From: Nitrosopumilus sp.
GTDB lineage: Archaea; Thermoproteota; Nitrososphaeria; Nitrososphaerales; Nitrosopumilaceae
Reading direction: 5' to 3'
Assembly (NCBI GenBank): GCA_965249555.1
Contig: OZ252243.1
Span: 2,112,001 to 2,176,000 of the forward strand
Length of the DNA: 64,000 nucleotides
The notes beneath the pieces were generated by a model that worked only from the letters and a program-made list of their open reading frames with translations, did not search any database and was not told the DNA's origin. A program made the translations under genes and the position numbers. Below are positions 1-11,202 of the stretch, piece by piece; the stretch's first letter is position 1, and each line of letters begins with the position of its first letter.

Positions 1-5
1 TGAGT

Positions 6-1790
6 GTGATTTTTCAAGATGATTTTGATAATGGTCTAAGTCAATGGTTACAAAATTCTCATTGGCGTTCTCATTATCCAGATGAAAGAAGACAACCGTC
101 AGGCAGTCCAAGTACAAATCATGTTTTAGAAGTTGATGGTTGTCCTAGTGACTGTGAGATTAGACTTCAAAATTCTATTGATTTCTCAGATGTTCAAAAT
201 CCTAGAATAGAATTTGATAGATATATTGACAGGTCTTTGGATAGAGGTGAATATCTAAAATTATTTGCTTATGATGGTTCTAGTTGGAATCAACTAGCAA
301 TATGGAATGATGAGAATGATGATGATGATGATATGTGGCATGAAGAGATAATTAGTTTGTCTGGTTATACCAACGATGATTTTAACATAAAGTTTGTAGC
401 AAAGATGTCAAGGTCTAATGAAGATGTTGCAGTTGATAATGTTGTAATTACTGGAGGAGTTGAAGGTGATAGTCCATCAAGTATTGATTCAGATAATGAT
501 GGTGTGAATGATTCAGATGATGATTGCCCTGAAGTATTAGGGTTAGTATCATTGAATGGGTGTCCAGATATGGAATCCCCAGTTTTTGATAACTTACCTT
601 CTGATATGACTTTTGAGAGAAGGAGTGCTACTTTGGGAAAATATGTAACCATTCCTGTAGTTACTGCAACTGATAATATTGATGGTTTGTTGAATGTTTC
701 TTGTGATGAATCTTCTGGATGGTTTGCAGTTGGAACGCATACTGTAACTTGTACTGTTTCAGATAATGCTGGAAATAGTATGATAGGTTCATTTAATATT
801 GTAATTACTGAACCGATTCCTACTGATAGAGATCATGATGGCGTTCCAGATTATTCTGATAATTGTCCTGATGAAGTAGGTGTTCCTTATAATGATGGTT
901 GTCCTCTTCCTTCTGATTCTGATATGGATGGTTTAGATGATTCAGGTAATAATTGCCCAGACTTGGTTGGGGCTGTTGAGAATTTAGATTGTCCTTTAGT
1001 TCTAGGTGGCCAAGCGATGGATAGTCATTTGGATGCTAGAATATCTGTTGGTGGTCTTATCGGTGATTTTGAGTCTACAGTTACACTTCCAGTTAGGTTG
1101 ATGGATGGTAGATATGGCATAGTTGTATCTGGTCATTCAGTTAATATTGTTGATACAAGTGTATCACCACACAATGTAATTTCTAATAATGATGCTGATT
1201 GGGATCATAGTGTTAGAAATTCAGCAGGTGATTTTGTTTCAATTAGCAGAAATGATCCATCTTTTAGTGTTTATCAAGTGGGAAATACTATGATTGCAGA
1301 TTTTGATTTTATTGAAGTTGATTCAAATTATTTGAGATTGAATACCATACTTAATTCTAATGATCATTATGTTGAAGTTTCATTTGGAGATATTGATGAT
1401 GTTTCAAATAATGGACATGTTACGATGAATGGTAGATACAGTGATTCTGTTGGCCAATTGTTGTATAGAAATGCTACAGTTTTTTCAGATAATGGAATAA
1501 CACTTGTTGATCAAGGAATTACAAATAATCAGGCCATAAGAGGGGATAGTGGAGCTCCATTAATTTATGATGATTCGATAGTTGGTTTACTTCATGGTGT
1601 TGCATGTGTTTTTGAATCACCTGATGAAAATAGGTCTAGATTAGACCTAAATCTCAGAGTTGATTTCCCTTGTGGAGGAAATGATGCTGAAAGTCTTGAT
1701 ATTTATCATTCAGATCATAACTATGATTATTATAAAGTATTTTCAGATTGGGATGAAGTTGTAAGAATGCTTGATATAACTCCTCCTTAA
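6..1790 (+). CDS. Secreted multidomain protein: jelly-roll-like domain, thrombospondin type-3 Ca-binding repeats, HYR domain, C-terminal trypsin-like serine protease (probably 5'-truncated by window edge)
   Basis: DxDxDGVxDxxDxCP repeats; HYR-like ATDNIDG..C......FAVGTHTVTCTVSDNAGN; catalytic-triad-like motifs SGHS, DFDF, GDSGAP. Confidence 0.75.
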   Translation: MIFQDDFDNGLSQWLQNSHWRSHYPDERRQPSGSPSTNHVLEVDGCPSDCEIRLQNSIDFSDVQNPRIEFDRYIDRSLDRGEYLKLFAYDGSSWNQLAIWNDENDDDDDMWHEEIISLSGYTNDDFNIKFVAKMSRSNEDVAVDNVVITGGVEGDSPSSIDSDNDGVNDSDDDCPEVLGLVSLNGCPDMESPVFDNLPSDMTFERRSATLGKYVTIPVVTATDNIDGLLNVSCDESSGWFAVGTHTVTCTVSDNAGNSMIGSFNIVITEPIPTDRDHDGVPDYSDNCPDEVGVPYNDGCPLPSDSDMDGLDDSGNNCPDLVGAVENLDCPLVLGGQAMDSHLDARISVGGLIGDFESTVTLPVRLMDGRYGIVVSGHSVNIVDTSVSPHNVISNNDADWDHSVRNSAGDFVSISRNDPSFSVYQVGNTMIADFDFIEVDSNYLRLNTILNSNDHYVEVSFGDIDDVSNNGHVTMNGRYSDSVGQLLYRNATVFSDNGITLVDQGITNNQAIRGDSGAPLIYDDSIVGLLHGVACVFESPDENRSRLDLNLRVDFPCGGNDAESLDIYHSDHNYDYYKVFSDWDEVVRMLDITPP

Positions 1791-1817
1791 TTTGTGTGAA
1801 ACTATTAATTTTAGATT

Positions 1818-2339
1818 ATGAATAAGATTTGGATTTTTTGTATCATATGCCTATTAATTTTTTCTTTAATAATAATTCTTTTGAACTATCAACAAGATCA
1901 AAAGACTGTTGAAGATGCAAATATCGTTGATAATAGAGTTATTATGGATGTAAGTAGTGTTTGTATAACTGGGAAAGAAAGTGTTTGTTCAATTTCTAAA
2001 AAATATGGATTTGATAAAATTAAGAAATCCATGATTCCAAAAAATAATAATTCAGTTTTTTATATTGATTGTAATAGATTAACTTTTGAAGATTTACCTA
2101 ATTATATTTTATCAGAAAGTTATTGTGAAGAATATGAAAAAAGAGTTTTCAGAGATTATAAAAAAGAGTTTTTTGAGTTAAGTGAATTTGGAATTGTATT
2201 TTGTAATCAAAGTATGTTATTAAATAATTATGGTTTTTTAATGTTTAATGAGAATGGAATTAGAATAATTGATGATTTAGGTTTGGATAGTAAATTATAC
2301 AAAAATAATTTAAATGTGTGTAATAAATTGAAAAACTAA
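1818..2339 (+). CDS. Hypothetical membrane-anchored Cys-containing protein
   Basis: 173-aa ORF with N-terminal hydrophobic segment, directly downstream of the protease gene. Confidence 0.6.
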   Translation: MNKIWIFCIICLLIFSLIIILLNYQQDQKTVEDANIVDNRVIMDVSSVCITGKESVCSISKKYGFDKIKKSMIPKNNNSVFYIDCNRLTFEDLPNYILSESYCEEYEKRVFRDYKKEFFELSEFGIVFCNQSMLLNNYGFLMFNENGIRIIDDLGLDSKLYKNNLNVCNKLKN

Positions 2340-2435
2340 CTTTTTATCTAAAATCAAACATTTTGTTGTTTGTAGTTATTATTTTAACATTGGTACACAG
2401 AATAGCTATGATTATTACAACAGAGAGCATGTCCT

Positions 2436-2487
2436 TGGTCCTAGACTGGTCCTAGACTGGTCCTAGACTGGTCCTAGACTGGTCCTA
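2436..2487. repeat. 11-bp tandem repeat (TGGTCCTAGAC x4.7)
   Basis: Read directly; abuts the IS630 end. Confidence 0.95.
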
Positions 2488-3561
2488 TAGCGACGATCAA
2501 AAGTTCGTGAACATCTTTGCAGGATTTCTAAAAATATAATTAACAACATCAAGTTTGAATTTTTCTGTTCCAAAGTATTGTGACACTGCATTATTCATTA
2601 TTGTAAACATTGCATAATATTCTGATACCAACAACACATGCTTATTTTCCAACACTGCTCTATCATGTTTAGATATGGTGAATCCTTTTGGTAGCCAAAT
2701 CAGTTTAACATCTGGATTATCTGTCAAAAAGTCCTTGACCTTCTTTGATTTGTGCACTGATGCCCTGTCAAGTATCAACGTAATTTTACCATATTTGTAG
2801 TGCAACTCTTTTAGATATTCTACAAATGTTATACCGTTGAATTTTTTATAAATTCTAAACAGCTGGTCTCCATTGATTGTAACTGTTCCATACACTGCCA
2901 AACTTTCATGGTTTCCCACATATGGAAGAAATATTCTTTTGGCAACTGGTGAGCAATATTTTCGTCCTGCTTTTACATCCCTAACAAAGAATGCCTCATC
3001 AAGCATTGCAATGGTGAATCCACTCTTTTTTAGGCGTGGAATTCTCTTTTTCATGCGTTGCTGCCCAGCTGCGCACGGCTGTTACACTTGCATGATTGAC
3101 GTGATATTTGTGCAGTTTTAGCAGACATTCCATACTGGCGCATTATTTTTCTGACATGTGTTATGTGAAATTTTATTCCAGTAGAATCAAATATTGTTTG
3201 CTGCAGCATTACAGGTGTAAATAGTGTCGACATAATTTTGAGCATGATATAATTCATTTGCTTCTTTGGGATTACACATGCTCTTTCACTCCTTGGGTGA
3301 TCGTAGAGGCCATCTACTTTAAAACGATCAACCCATTTGCGTACCCAGTTTGTACAGCGGTGTAGTGTTTGTGCGGTGTACTCTAATTTACCATCTTTGA
3401 GAACCATTAGTACTGCAAGCATCCTGACTATATCTTTGGAGTTTTCCTTTTTGTATGCTGCTTCAAGCTGTTCTAACTTGTTCATGTGTTTCATTGTGTG
3501 TGGTGATCAAAAAGTCTTTTGTTTTGATGATTTTTAGTTCACGAACTTTGACTCTTCGCTA
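2488..3561 (-). mobile_element. IS630-family element with frameshifted transposase
   Basis: Imperfect ~25-bp TIRs (TAGCGACGATCAAAAGTTCGTGAAC / GTTCACGAACTTTGACTCTTCGCTA) flanked by TA; HTH ORF 3051-3494 and DDE ORF 2497-3054 (DEAFF, LDRASVH); third acidic motif broken by frameshift. Confidence 0.85.
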
Positions 3562-3569
3562 TATGATAA

Positions 3570-3838
3570 TGATTTTCTCAGACTCAATTTTGCAGTGAGT
3601 TGCTTTGCAATGATCATCTTTTGTGTCCCTCCAACGTTTTTTTAAGTGTCATTGACGATGGTCAGCTCACCTACGATTCTTTTTAGAGTCTCATTTTCTT
3701 TTTGCAATGTCTTGCATGTATTGTCACCAGATCTTCTGTTTAATGCGGATTTGCCTCCATCCACAAACTTTTCTTTCCAAGAGTAGAATGTCTGCGGATG
3801 AATGTTGTGCTTTCTGCACAGTTCTGCAGTTCCAATGA
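3570..3838 (-). pseudogene. IS3-family orfA-like HTH transposase fragment
   Basis: AELCRKHNIHPQTFYSWKEKF...ENETLKRIVGEL followed by an A7 slippery tract. Confidence 0.65.
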
Positions 3839-3882
3839 TACCATAGTATATTATATTAAGACTAATTAGAATTTGATAATTA

Positions 3883-4686
3883 TTGAAAGTTTTAGGATTG
3901 TCTATAATTCTGATTTTATGTTTTAGTACAGTGCCATTATCCTTTAGTGAATATAAATCTGATAACACCCCATCATTAATACACGGGTTACCAGCTAGTG
4001 ATTATACAAAAATCTTAGATAGATACTGTTCATTTAATTTTATGACAGAAATTTATCTTAATCATACAATTACTAGCGGAAATTTAAAAAAAGTATGCAG
4101 TCAAGATTATTCTCATTTTTATTTTGAGCTTGATTCAGTTAATGATGATGGATTTTTAATTTTAGATATTCCTAAAGATATATTTGCACCTAGAGATATT
4201 TTTAATGCTTGGGTGTTCTCACCTTATTCTAATGATGAATCTGTTGGTCATTTATATATTAGATTTTATTTTTCTGTTGAACATTTGGAAAATAACCCGT
4301 TAACTGTTAAAGGAATACAAGATGGTTCATACTTGTTAATTACAAAAATAAAATCCTATGATACTTTTGATAGATACAAAATTCCTATTCTAAAGGGCGA
4401 TGTTTTTTTTGATATGGTATTTTCGGTTAATGGTACGCCTCATGATAATTATAATCCTCAGAAATATACTGAACCTATAACTGCAATTGATTTAGAATCT
4501 ATATCAATCCATAAAACAACATCATCAGAAATTCAAAAAATAGATCGCACGACTAAATCTGATGATGATCTTTCTTGTAAATCAAATTTTGTGCCAATTT
4601 TAAAACCTAGTAATGATAAAACTGTGTGCGTAAAACCTGCGACTGCTGAAAAATTAATCCAGCGTGGTTGGATTGATCTAAGATAG
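3883..4686 (+). CDS. Secreted protein with thaumarchaeal C-terminal Cys motif
   Basis: Signal peptide; C-terminal CKSNFVPILKPSNDKTVCVKPATAEKLIQRGW. Confidence 0.75.
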   Translation: MKVLGLSIILILCFSTVPLSFSEYKSDNTPSLIHGLPASDYTKILDRYCSFNFMTEIYLNHTITSGNLKKVCSQDYSHFYFELDSVNDDGFLILDIPKDIFAPRDIFNAWVFSPYSNDESVGHLYIRFYFSVEHLENNPLTVKGIQDGSYLLITKIKSYDTFDRYKIPILKGDVFFDMVFSVNGTPHDNYNPQKYTEPITAIDLESISIHKTTSSEIQKIDRTTKSDDDLSCKSNFVPILKPSNDKTVCVKPATAEKLIQRGWIDLR

Positions 4687-4719
4687 TATTGGATATCAGA
4701 TCAAAATCTCAGAAAATTA

Positions 4720-4820
4720 TAGGCGATTGGGTACCTACTACCCCTAGATTATTATTGAATATTTCACAAAAATAATGGGTGGATTTTGTATCATTTGCAA
4801 AAACAATCTCTGATGAATCA
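4720..4820. mobile_element. IS1595-like element end remnant
   Basis: GGTACCTACTACCCCTA end; homologous in reverse complement to 15128-15226 and 61478-61578. Confidence 0.55.
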
Positions 4821-4829
4821 TTGTTGGTG

Positions 4830-5379
4830 CAATTCCTGGAATCAAGGTGCACTGAGGATCTTTCCTGCATTTTCTGTAATAGCTGGTGGTGGAACTCAGT
4901 CTATCTGTCTTGATATTGCAGAAATGGGTGATGTGAATGTAAATGGAAATACAGGTAACATGATAATCATATACAATGCTGCTTCTAATGCAGTAGACAT
5001 GTATGATGATGATACCGATATGGATCTCTCACATACATGGAGTTCAAATTGTGCTGATGGTGCCAACAAGATAGGTGCTGATCAGTTAAGAGCAGATGCT
5101 CAAGGTGTAGAATGGGATATTGATGAAAATACAAGTTCCCACCATATCATAATTGAACTCAATACAGTAAGAGATTATGACACATCTAGTACATGTGGAT
5201 GGTTTCAAGCTCTAAATCCAGAATACATCTATAATCATGAAATGGGTCACTTTGCTGGACTTGATCATGCTGAGCAATGGTGGACAAGTAACAGTCATAG
5301 TATAATGAAATCAAGTTGTAACAGCGAGTTTGACGATGTTAAAACAGACGACATCACACAAATAAATGGATTCTACTAG
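4830..5379 (+). CDS. Matrixin-like (metzincin) zinc metalloprotease, N-terminus probably lost to IS remnant
   Basis: HEMGHFAGLDH zinc motif and SIM Met-turn; ORF start lies within the IS remnant. Confidence 0.75.
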
Positions 5380-5392
5380 GAGATTATGAAAA

Positions 5393-5983
5393 ATGAATAA
5401 AATAATCATCCCCGCAATTGTAGTAATAGTAGCAATTGTAGTATCCGGACTAGTATTTGTTAGTGAGTCAACTGAAAGTTCAACGTATGTGTATGTGCCA
5501 TCCGACATTTCAAAAGCAAATCCTGATGTAAAAGTTGCAGCAGGAAGTGCATCTCTCGATACATATGATCCTGCCGATGTAAAAGACAGAATTACTAATA
5601 CCGTAATTGGTTTTGTTCTATCTGTTGGCGATCCTATTGATTGGGTGAATGAAAATGATAGAACTCATGCTGCTGTACCAGTTACACTCAAAGTAACTGA
5701 AAACATCAAAGGTGAAATTGATAAGAAAGTAACTTTCTACTTACATGGAAAGTATTTCAGCGATCAACTTCTTTTAGTACCTTATGAAGCTCAATTTGAA
5801 ATAGGCGAACAAGTCCTAGTTCATTTGTATCCTGCAAGTGAGTTTGAGTTTCAAGATGGTGAGGCATTATATCCCATATTAGGGGAAAATGGCAAGTACA
5901 AAATCGGAGAAGATAACAAAGTATACAATAAAAACTATCCAAACGGAAAAAGTTTAGATTCTGCAAAGAACGAATCTAAATGA
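5393..5983 (+). CDS. Membrane-anchored hypothetical protein
   Basis: 196-aa ORF with N-terminal TM segment, followed by a T-rich terminator. Confidence 0.7.
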   Translation: MNKIIIPAIVVIVAIVVSGLVFVSESTESSTYVYVPSDISKANPDVKVAAGSASLDTYDPADVKDRITNTVIGFVLSVGDPIDWVNENDRTHAAVPVTLKVTENIKGEIDKKVTFYLHGKYFSDQLLLVPYEAQFEIGEQVLVHLYPASEFEFQDGEALYPILGENGKYKIGEDNKVYNKNYPNGKSLDSAKNESK

Positions 5984-6037
5984 TTTTTCTTTTTTTATTA
6001 TGTATAAAAACAAGGATATAGGTATGTATCCATGTGG

Positions 6038-7234
6038 GTTCTGTTAACTTAGCGGTTGATGAAATTTAAAATAGGAACTGGTAACTTTACGGTAGATAAT
6101 TCTACTTGGAAAGTGTCGGTAGATCAGACTTGACAGCACTTTGGATAATTGTTTTCCATTTATTGTCTCCTTGTATCTTGATTCCAGCTCTATCGGCTGG
6201 TGTATCACCATCTAGTCCTTGATGTGGTCTTATGTAGTTGTGGTGAATCTGCATACCGGATATAATTGCAGAATCAGTTTTTTTGATTCCTCTAACAACC
6301 TTTTCCCTCATTCTTAGAGTGTTTGAGTTAAATGACTCCATCTGATTGTTGTTTCTGTCATTTTTCATGTGGATATGTCTTATGTGTTCAGTTTCTTTGT
6401 GCAGAAAGTTTTTGGCTTTGTATTGTTTTTTCCAAGCATGGTGAAAGTTTGCAGCTCCGTTCAGAGATTAGTACAGTTGGAACTTTTTTTGCCTTTTGTT
6501 TAGCCTCTTTGAACATTGGAGATACATCATCATTTCCTTTGTGTGTAGATACCATTTGAGACAACCAGAATCTAGTTTCTGAATCAAGCATTGCAAAGAG
6601 ATATTTTTTATCGCCCTTGATTTTGAGATATAACTCGTCAGTTCTCCACTTTTCACCTACTTGTGGAGTTATTTTATCAAGATATTTTCCCATAAGATCA
6701 ACGTACTTTTTATTCCATTTTTGAATTGTAACGTGAGATACCTTGACACCTGTAAGGATTAGAGACTGGGAAACCTTGCGTGATGATTCACCATTAAAGT
6801 ATAGGTTCATTGCCATTGTTATCTGATCTGGTGTTGCCATCATCTTTTCAAAACCAAGATTGTGAGAACTTTCTTTTACAGTCATTACACTTGAATAACT
6901 GAATATTGTGTTGCTTGTTGTGTCGTATTCCCATTTTTATTATCTGTGTGGAATTACAATACTTGCATGAATCAAGTGTAATTTCAGAAATTATAACATC
7001 ATCTTTTACTTTCTGATGAAAGTTAATTGAGATTTATACTGCATGAATATGCTTACAACAAATTTTGTTAAAGTAATGATCCTCACAGGAACAAGACCAG
7101 CCATACTCTAAGGAGATAACGTCATGCTGTAATTTTCTTGATTGTGAGTTTACCTTGTAATGGGATTCATCAATTCTAATAATTTGGTTATTTTTCTCTG
7201 CAATTTGCTTTCCTCTAATCTCTCTTTGATTCAT
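6038..7234 (-). mobile_element. IS6-like element; transposase pseudogene with SWIM, Zn-ribbon and IS240-type DDE domains
   Basis: CSCEDH..CKHIHAV SWIM; WRTDELYLKI and NNQMESFN..HHNYIRPH motifs in fragments 6388-6885 and 6102-6368; GGTTCTGTT.. end at 6038 resembles IS6 TIRs. Confidence 0.75.
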
Positions 7235-7336
7235 GTTTATAGGTAGATTGAGTGGTATATAAATTATAGGTAGACTTATCGGTATATGTAATAGTATAGG
7301 TAGATTGATACACATGAGGATTAATCTACTGATAGA

Positions 7337-7516
7337 ATGGCTAGAATGCTCCCAAATCAGTCAACAGTATCAAAAGCAAAACCTGACAGTATTTCTGTAA
7401 GAACTACAATTCCTATTTTTATTGCCAAACAAATGGAGCTAGAAATTGGTGATGTCTTGGACTGGAAACTAGACAAAGTGTCTAATCACTGGATAGTAAC
7501 CATTGAAAAGGATTGA
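7337..7516 (+). CDS. AbrB/MazE-like small DNA-binding protein (59 aa, not in ORF track)
   Basis: Manual translation MARMLPNQSTVSKAKPDSISVRTTIPIFIAKQMELEIGDVLDWKL... Confidence 0.7.
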   Translation: MARMLPNQSTVSKAKPDSISVRTTIPIFIAKQMELEIGDVLDWKLDKVSNHWIVTIEKD

Positions 7517-7522
7517 TCTATT

Positions 7523-8407
7523 ATGAATAGAGCAACTAATAACTCTGAAAAAAAACATACAAGTGTAGTGAGACACCACATAGTAGAGAAACCAATACCA
7601 AAACTAGATTTAATCAAACAGAGATTGGGCGATCCATATTATTCAGATGATAATGTTTTACTGTATAATATGGACTGTGTAGCACTTATGGATAAATTGG
7701 GATCAAACAAGGTAGATTTGACTATAACATCTCCGCCCTATAACATAGGTAAAGAATATGAAGAAATTCAGAAACCACAAGATTATTTATCCTGGTGTGA
7801 AAAATGGATGAATCTAATTTTTAATGCAACTGTTGATACTGGCACATTTTGGCTCAATCTTGGATATTTTGAATTACCAAATGGAAAGGCTGTACCTATT
7901 GCCTATTTGTTATGGGATAAAACAGACTTTTATTTTATGCAGGAAATTATTTGGTATTACAAAGCTGGTGTAGCAACAAAAAAATATTTTTCTCCAAGAA
8001 ATGAAAAATATTTGTGGTATGTAAAAAATCAATCAAGATACAAATTCAATCTAGATTCAATTAGAGATCCAGATGTAAAGTATCCCAATCAAAAGAAAAA
8101 TGGAAAACTAAAATGTAATCCATTAGGAAAAAACCCTACTAATGTTTGGGAAATACCAAAGATTACATCTGGTAAAAACAGATCATCCAAGGAACGTGTA
8201 AATCATCCAGCACAATTTCCAACCGCTGTTCTAGAGAGAATAATAAAAGCCTCCAGTAATCCGCATGATTTGGTTTTTGATCCCTTCTTGGGTTCTGGAA
8301 GTGTAGCTGTATCTGGTCTCAAAAACAATAGACAGGTGATGGGATGTGATATAAGCACAGATTATCTTGATATTGCTATTGATAGAATACAAAAATTAGA
8401 TGTTTAG
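7523..8407 (+). CDS. Beta-class amino DNA methyltransferase (probably m4C, M.ScaI-like)
   Basis: TSPPY motif IV precedes DPFLGSG motif I; HPAQFP; convergent with ScaI-like REase. Confidence 0.9.
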   Translation: MNRATNNSEKKHTSVVRHHIVEKPIPKLDLIKQRLGDPYYSDDNVLLYNMDCVALMDKLGSNKVDLTITSPPYNIGKEYEEIQKPQDYLSWCEKWMNLIFNATVDTGTFWLNLGYFELPNGKAVPIAYLLWDKTDFYFMQEIIWYYKAGVATKKYFSPRNEKYLWYVKNQSRYKFNLDSIRDPDVKYPNQKKNGKLKCNPLGKNPTNVWEIPKITSGKNRSSKERVNHPAQFPTAVLERIIKASSNPHDLVFDPFLGSGSVAVSGLKNNRQVMGCDISTDYLDIAIDRIQKLDV

Positions 8408-8602
8408 AAGTTTGTACCTTTCAACATTGATAGATAATCTTGATTGTTGTCCTGATTGTAATTTCTGACCTAGCCAATCCTTATGGTCTAACCAACCAAA
8501 CCTAACATTGATAATTTGAGGTATAATTTCTTTAGACACATATTTCTCAAAGTTTACTGCTATGTGATAGCCTGATTTGGATTTTTTGTATGAATCAAGC
8601 AC
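8396..8602 (-). pseudogene. ScaI-family type II restriction endonuclease, C-terminal fragment
   Basis: KKSKSGYHIAVNFEK...RFGWLDHKDWLGQ..GQQSRL; 5' part replaced by IS66. Confidence 0.7.
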
Positions 8603-9952
8603 TTAGATGTATTTTGCCATCTCAGAAAACATGTTCAATTCCCTTATTCTCCATGTCTCAAAGCATGTGAGAAAGACTGAGATCATCCTCATGCCCTGAT
8701 CACTCTTCATCTGCCCGCGAACATTCCTCTGCATCACGCACTTTCGAATGGAATTCTCTGCATCATTGTTAGTTGACGGGACATCACCATCCATGACAAA
8801 CGTAAACATGCTGTTCCTTGCAGTCTTTAGCTTCTTGCCAAACTGAACCATCTCCATATCACCTTTCAAATATCGTGCAATGATACGGTCTAGCTGTTTT
8901 AGTAAATCATCCCTGTACGTTTCCCGCCGTTTTGTATGACGATTACCTACACTCCAAACCCTGGCATGACCTAGCATATCTGAGAGTTTCTCGTATAGAA
9001 TCCTTGCCTTTTTGTCCTGTGATTTTATTGCCAGATATTTGGCATCGCGCTGCAGGTGTGCAGTGCATCTCTGCTTTGTGTTATCACAAAATACTGTCCT
9101 GTACGGAGCATATCCGTCAGACACTAGGGTTCCTTTGAATTTCTTCCAGTACTTTTTTAGAACATTGGCACCTCTGCTGTACTCCAAGGCATACTGTGCA
9201 CTAGTCTTGCTTCTTGCAACCCACATCCATCCAGTATTTCCATCAATTGAAAATCCTGTCTCATCGATTCCGAGAATCTTTTCAGTCACGATTTCGCTGT
9301 GGATTGTATTGTAAAATGACTCTAACATCACACTACCGTTGCGAAGAATGGATTGTACGGTTGTATTGCTGATTTCTAATCCATATCTTTCATAGAGTGT
9401 GGTTCTGATAGCATCGTATGTCAATCTCTTTGAGAACAGTGAGACGACCTCACGTATCACTGAACCATCAAAACATCCATGTGATGGAAGGTTTCCCGTG
9501 GTTTGAAAATTATCAGAACAGTCCATGCAGATGTATTGATTCAAAACATGCTCAGTTATACCGTAGGGTGTTGGTGGAGGAATCTCAACCATTATCCTTT
9601 TGCAGGTTTTGGTTTGATGAATATTTTCACTACCGCATTTGGGACATGCATCTGATCTGTGGTGTTTGGTGCTAGTTGGTCTGAATTTCTGTGTCTTGCC
9701 AACGTGTCCTGCTATTCCACCACGTCTTGATTTGTCTGGCTGTCTGTGTTGTCTTTTTTGCTTTCTCCATTCAAGGGAATTCTTTGATGGCGGAGAGTGA
9801 GCATTCTCATAATATGACAGCTTTTTTTGCAGTTCCTTGTTTGATTCTATGAGATTCTCTATGACTAGTTTTAGTTGTTTTATCACTTCGTCTTGTTGTT
9901 TTGTCTTTTTTTGTAGCTGTATGATGATTTTCTCATGACCACAACCTGACAT
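8603..9952 (-). CDS. IS66-family transposase (TnpC-like), apparently intact
   Basis: Coiled coil, HSPPS, GGIAGHVG, CPKC..CMDC, IDETG, VSDGY, QRCTAHLQR, TNNDAENSIR. Confidence 0.92.
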   Translation of the reverse strand: MSGCGHEKIIIQLQKKTKQQDEVIKQLKLVIENLIESNKELQKKLSYYENAHSPPSKNSLEWRKQKRQHRQPDKSRRGGIAGHVGKTQKFRPTSTKHHRSDACPKCGSENIHQTKTCKRIMVEIPPPTPYGITEHVLNQYICMDCSDNFQTTGNLPSHGCFDGSVIREVVSLFSKRLTYDAIRTTLYERYGLEISNTTVQSILRNGSVMLESFYNTIHSEIVTEKILGIDETGFSIDGNTGWMWVARSKTSAQYALEYSRGANVLKKYWKKFKGTLVSDGYAPYRTVFCDNTKQRCTAHLQRDAKYLAIKSQDKKARILYEKLSDMLGHARVWSVGNRHTKRRETYRDDLLKQLDRIIARYLKGDMEMVQFGKKLKTARNSMFTFVMDGDVPSTNNDAENSIRKCVMQRNVRGQMKSDQGMRMISVFLTCFETWRIRELNMFSEMAKYI

Positions 9953-10082
9953 GTTTTGTATGATGATTTAGTTGATCTTAGATCTTTTTGTGTAATAGTG
10001 TTGATTTGTGCGTGAAGGTTGATACATACATCTTCATCCCTTTATTAGGACCTATTCGCAGTTATCAACCGAGGCTTGTCCC

Positions 10083-11196
10083 TCAACATCTAAAACGCGA
10101 CTTGCACAGTCCTAACTGTAATTCTGTACAAATTCTCTCTTTTAGCATCCAGTAAATAACTCGCAGGATCTTTGATGATGCGGCAACTGCGGCCTTTGAT
10201 GAGCCTCTCTTTTTCTTAATGCGATTGTAAAATTTTGTAATGTCACTGTTCTTGGCATGTATTGTATGGGCATGAACACATTGGGTAAGAACCCATCGTA
10301 GTGTCATGCTTCCCCTTTTGGTTATACGGCCATGGTGTAATCTGCAGAGTTTCTGACTGATGGCACGACTCGTGCATATGCGCATAACTTGTGAGAGTCA
10401 TTGAATCTGCTAATATCTGCAATTTCTGCTGCAATAACTAGTGATTAGTCACCAATTCCGGGTATTGATTTTATTATCATGGCATCAGGACTGGTCTTTA
10501 CGGCAGCATACACTCTTGAATTAATATCTTCAATTTGCAGATTAAGATGGCCTATCTGTCGTACAAATCCATCTATGCGATAGTCACCTAAGGGAGGTGA
10601 GTCTTCTGTTGTATGTTACAGTGAACGTGACTCCTGGTATCTTGATTCCCTCCTGTAACAAAATTCCATGAATAGAATTTTTGAGAGAGGTCCTCCACTG
10701 AACGAGTTTTTTTCTGTATCTTACCAGCTGGCGATGTTTTACTATCTTTTTGTTTGGAATATGGCATGTATCCCCAGCGCAAAAGATCTGCCCGTATTTT
10801 GGAATCAATCTTGCCTGTTTTTTTTGATGCGGCTATTGCCTTTGTAAGATACGGGTTTGAGAGTGTCACGTTTTGTATCCTAATTCATCTGTAAGAAATC
10901 TATACGTGTTATACTGATGATGACTCCATGACAATGTTTGCATGAATTGGTATGTCTGTAAAATGTTTCCTGATTGACTCATGAGTGTTCTCAACTTTTA
11001 TGTTTTGTAATATCTTTCCGTCATCATCCATTGTTGCTAGAAGAAATTCCTTGTGCAAGTCAATGCCAACATACATGCCCTTGTCTTTTTTTGCCCTAAT
11101 CTGTTTCTTTGGACTTTTCTTGGAATATGATGAATTACGAGCCCTGGACCTGGGTTCATTTTTCATGCTATCTGAATTCCTTCTTTTTGTATTCAC
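10083..11196 (-). pseudogene. IS110-family transposase, multiply frameshifted
   Basis: YVGIDLHK, VMESS, HGRITKRGSMTLRWVL, KAAVAASSKILRVIYWML spread over several frames. Confidence 0.85.
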
Positions 11197-11202
11197 ATAT
11201 AG

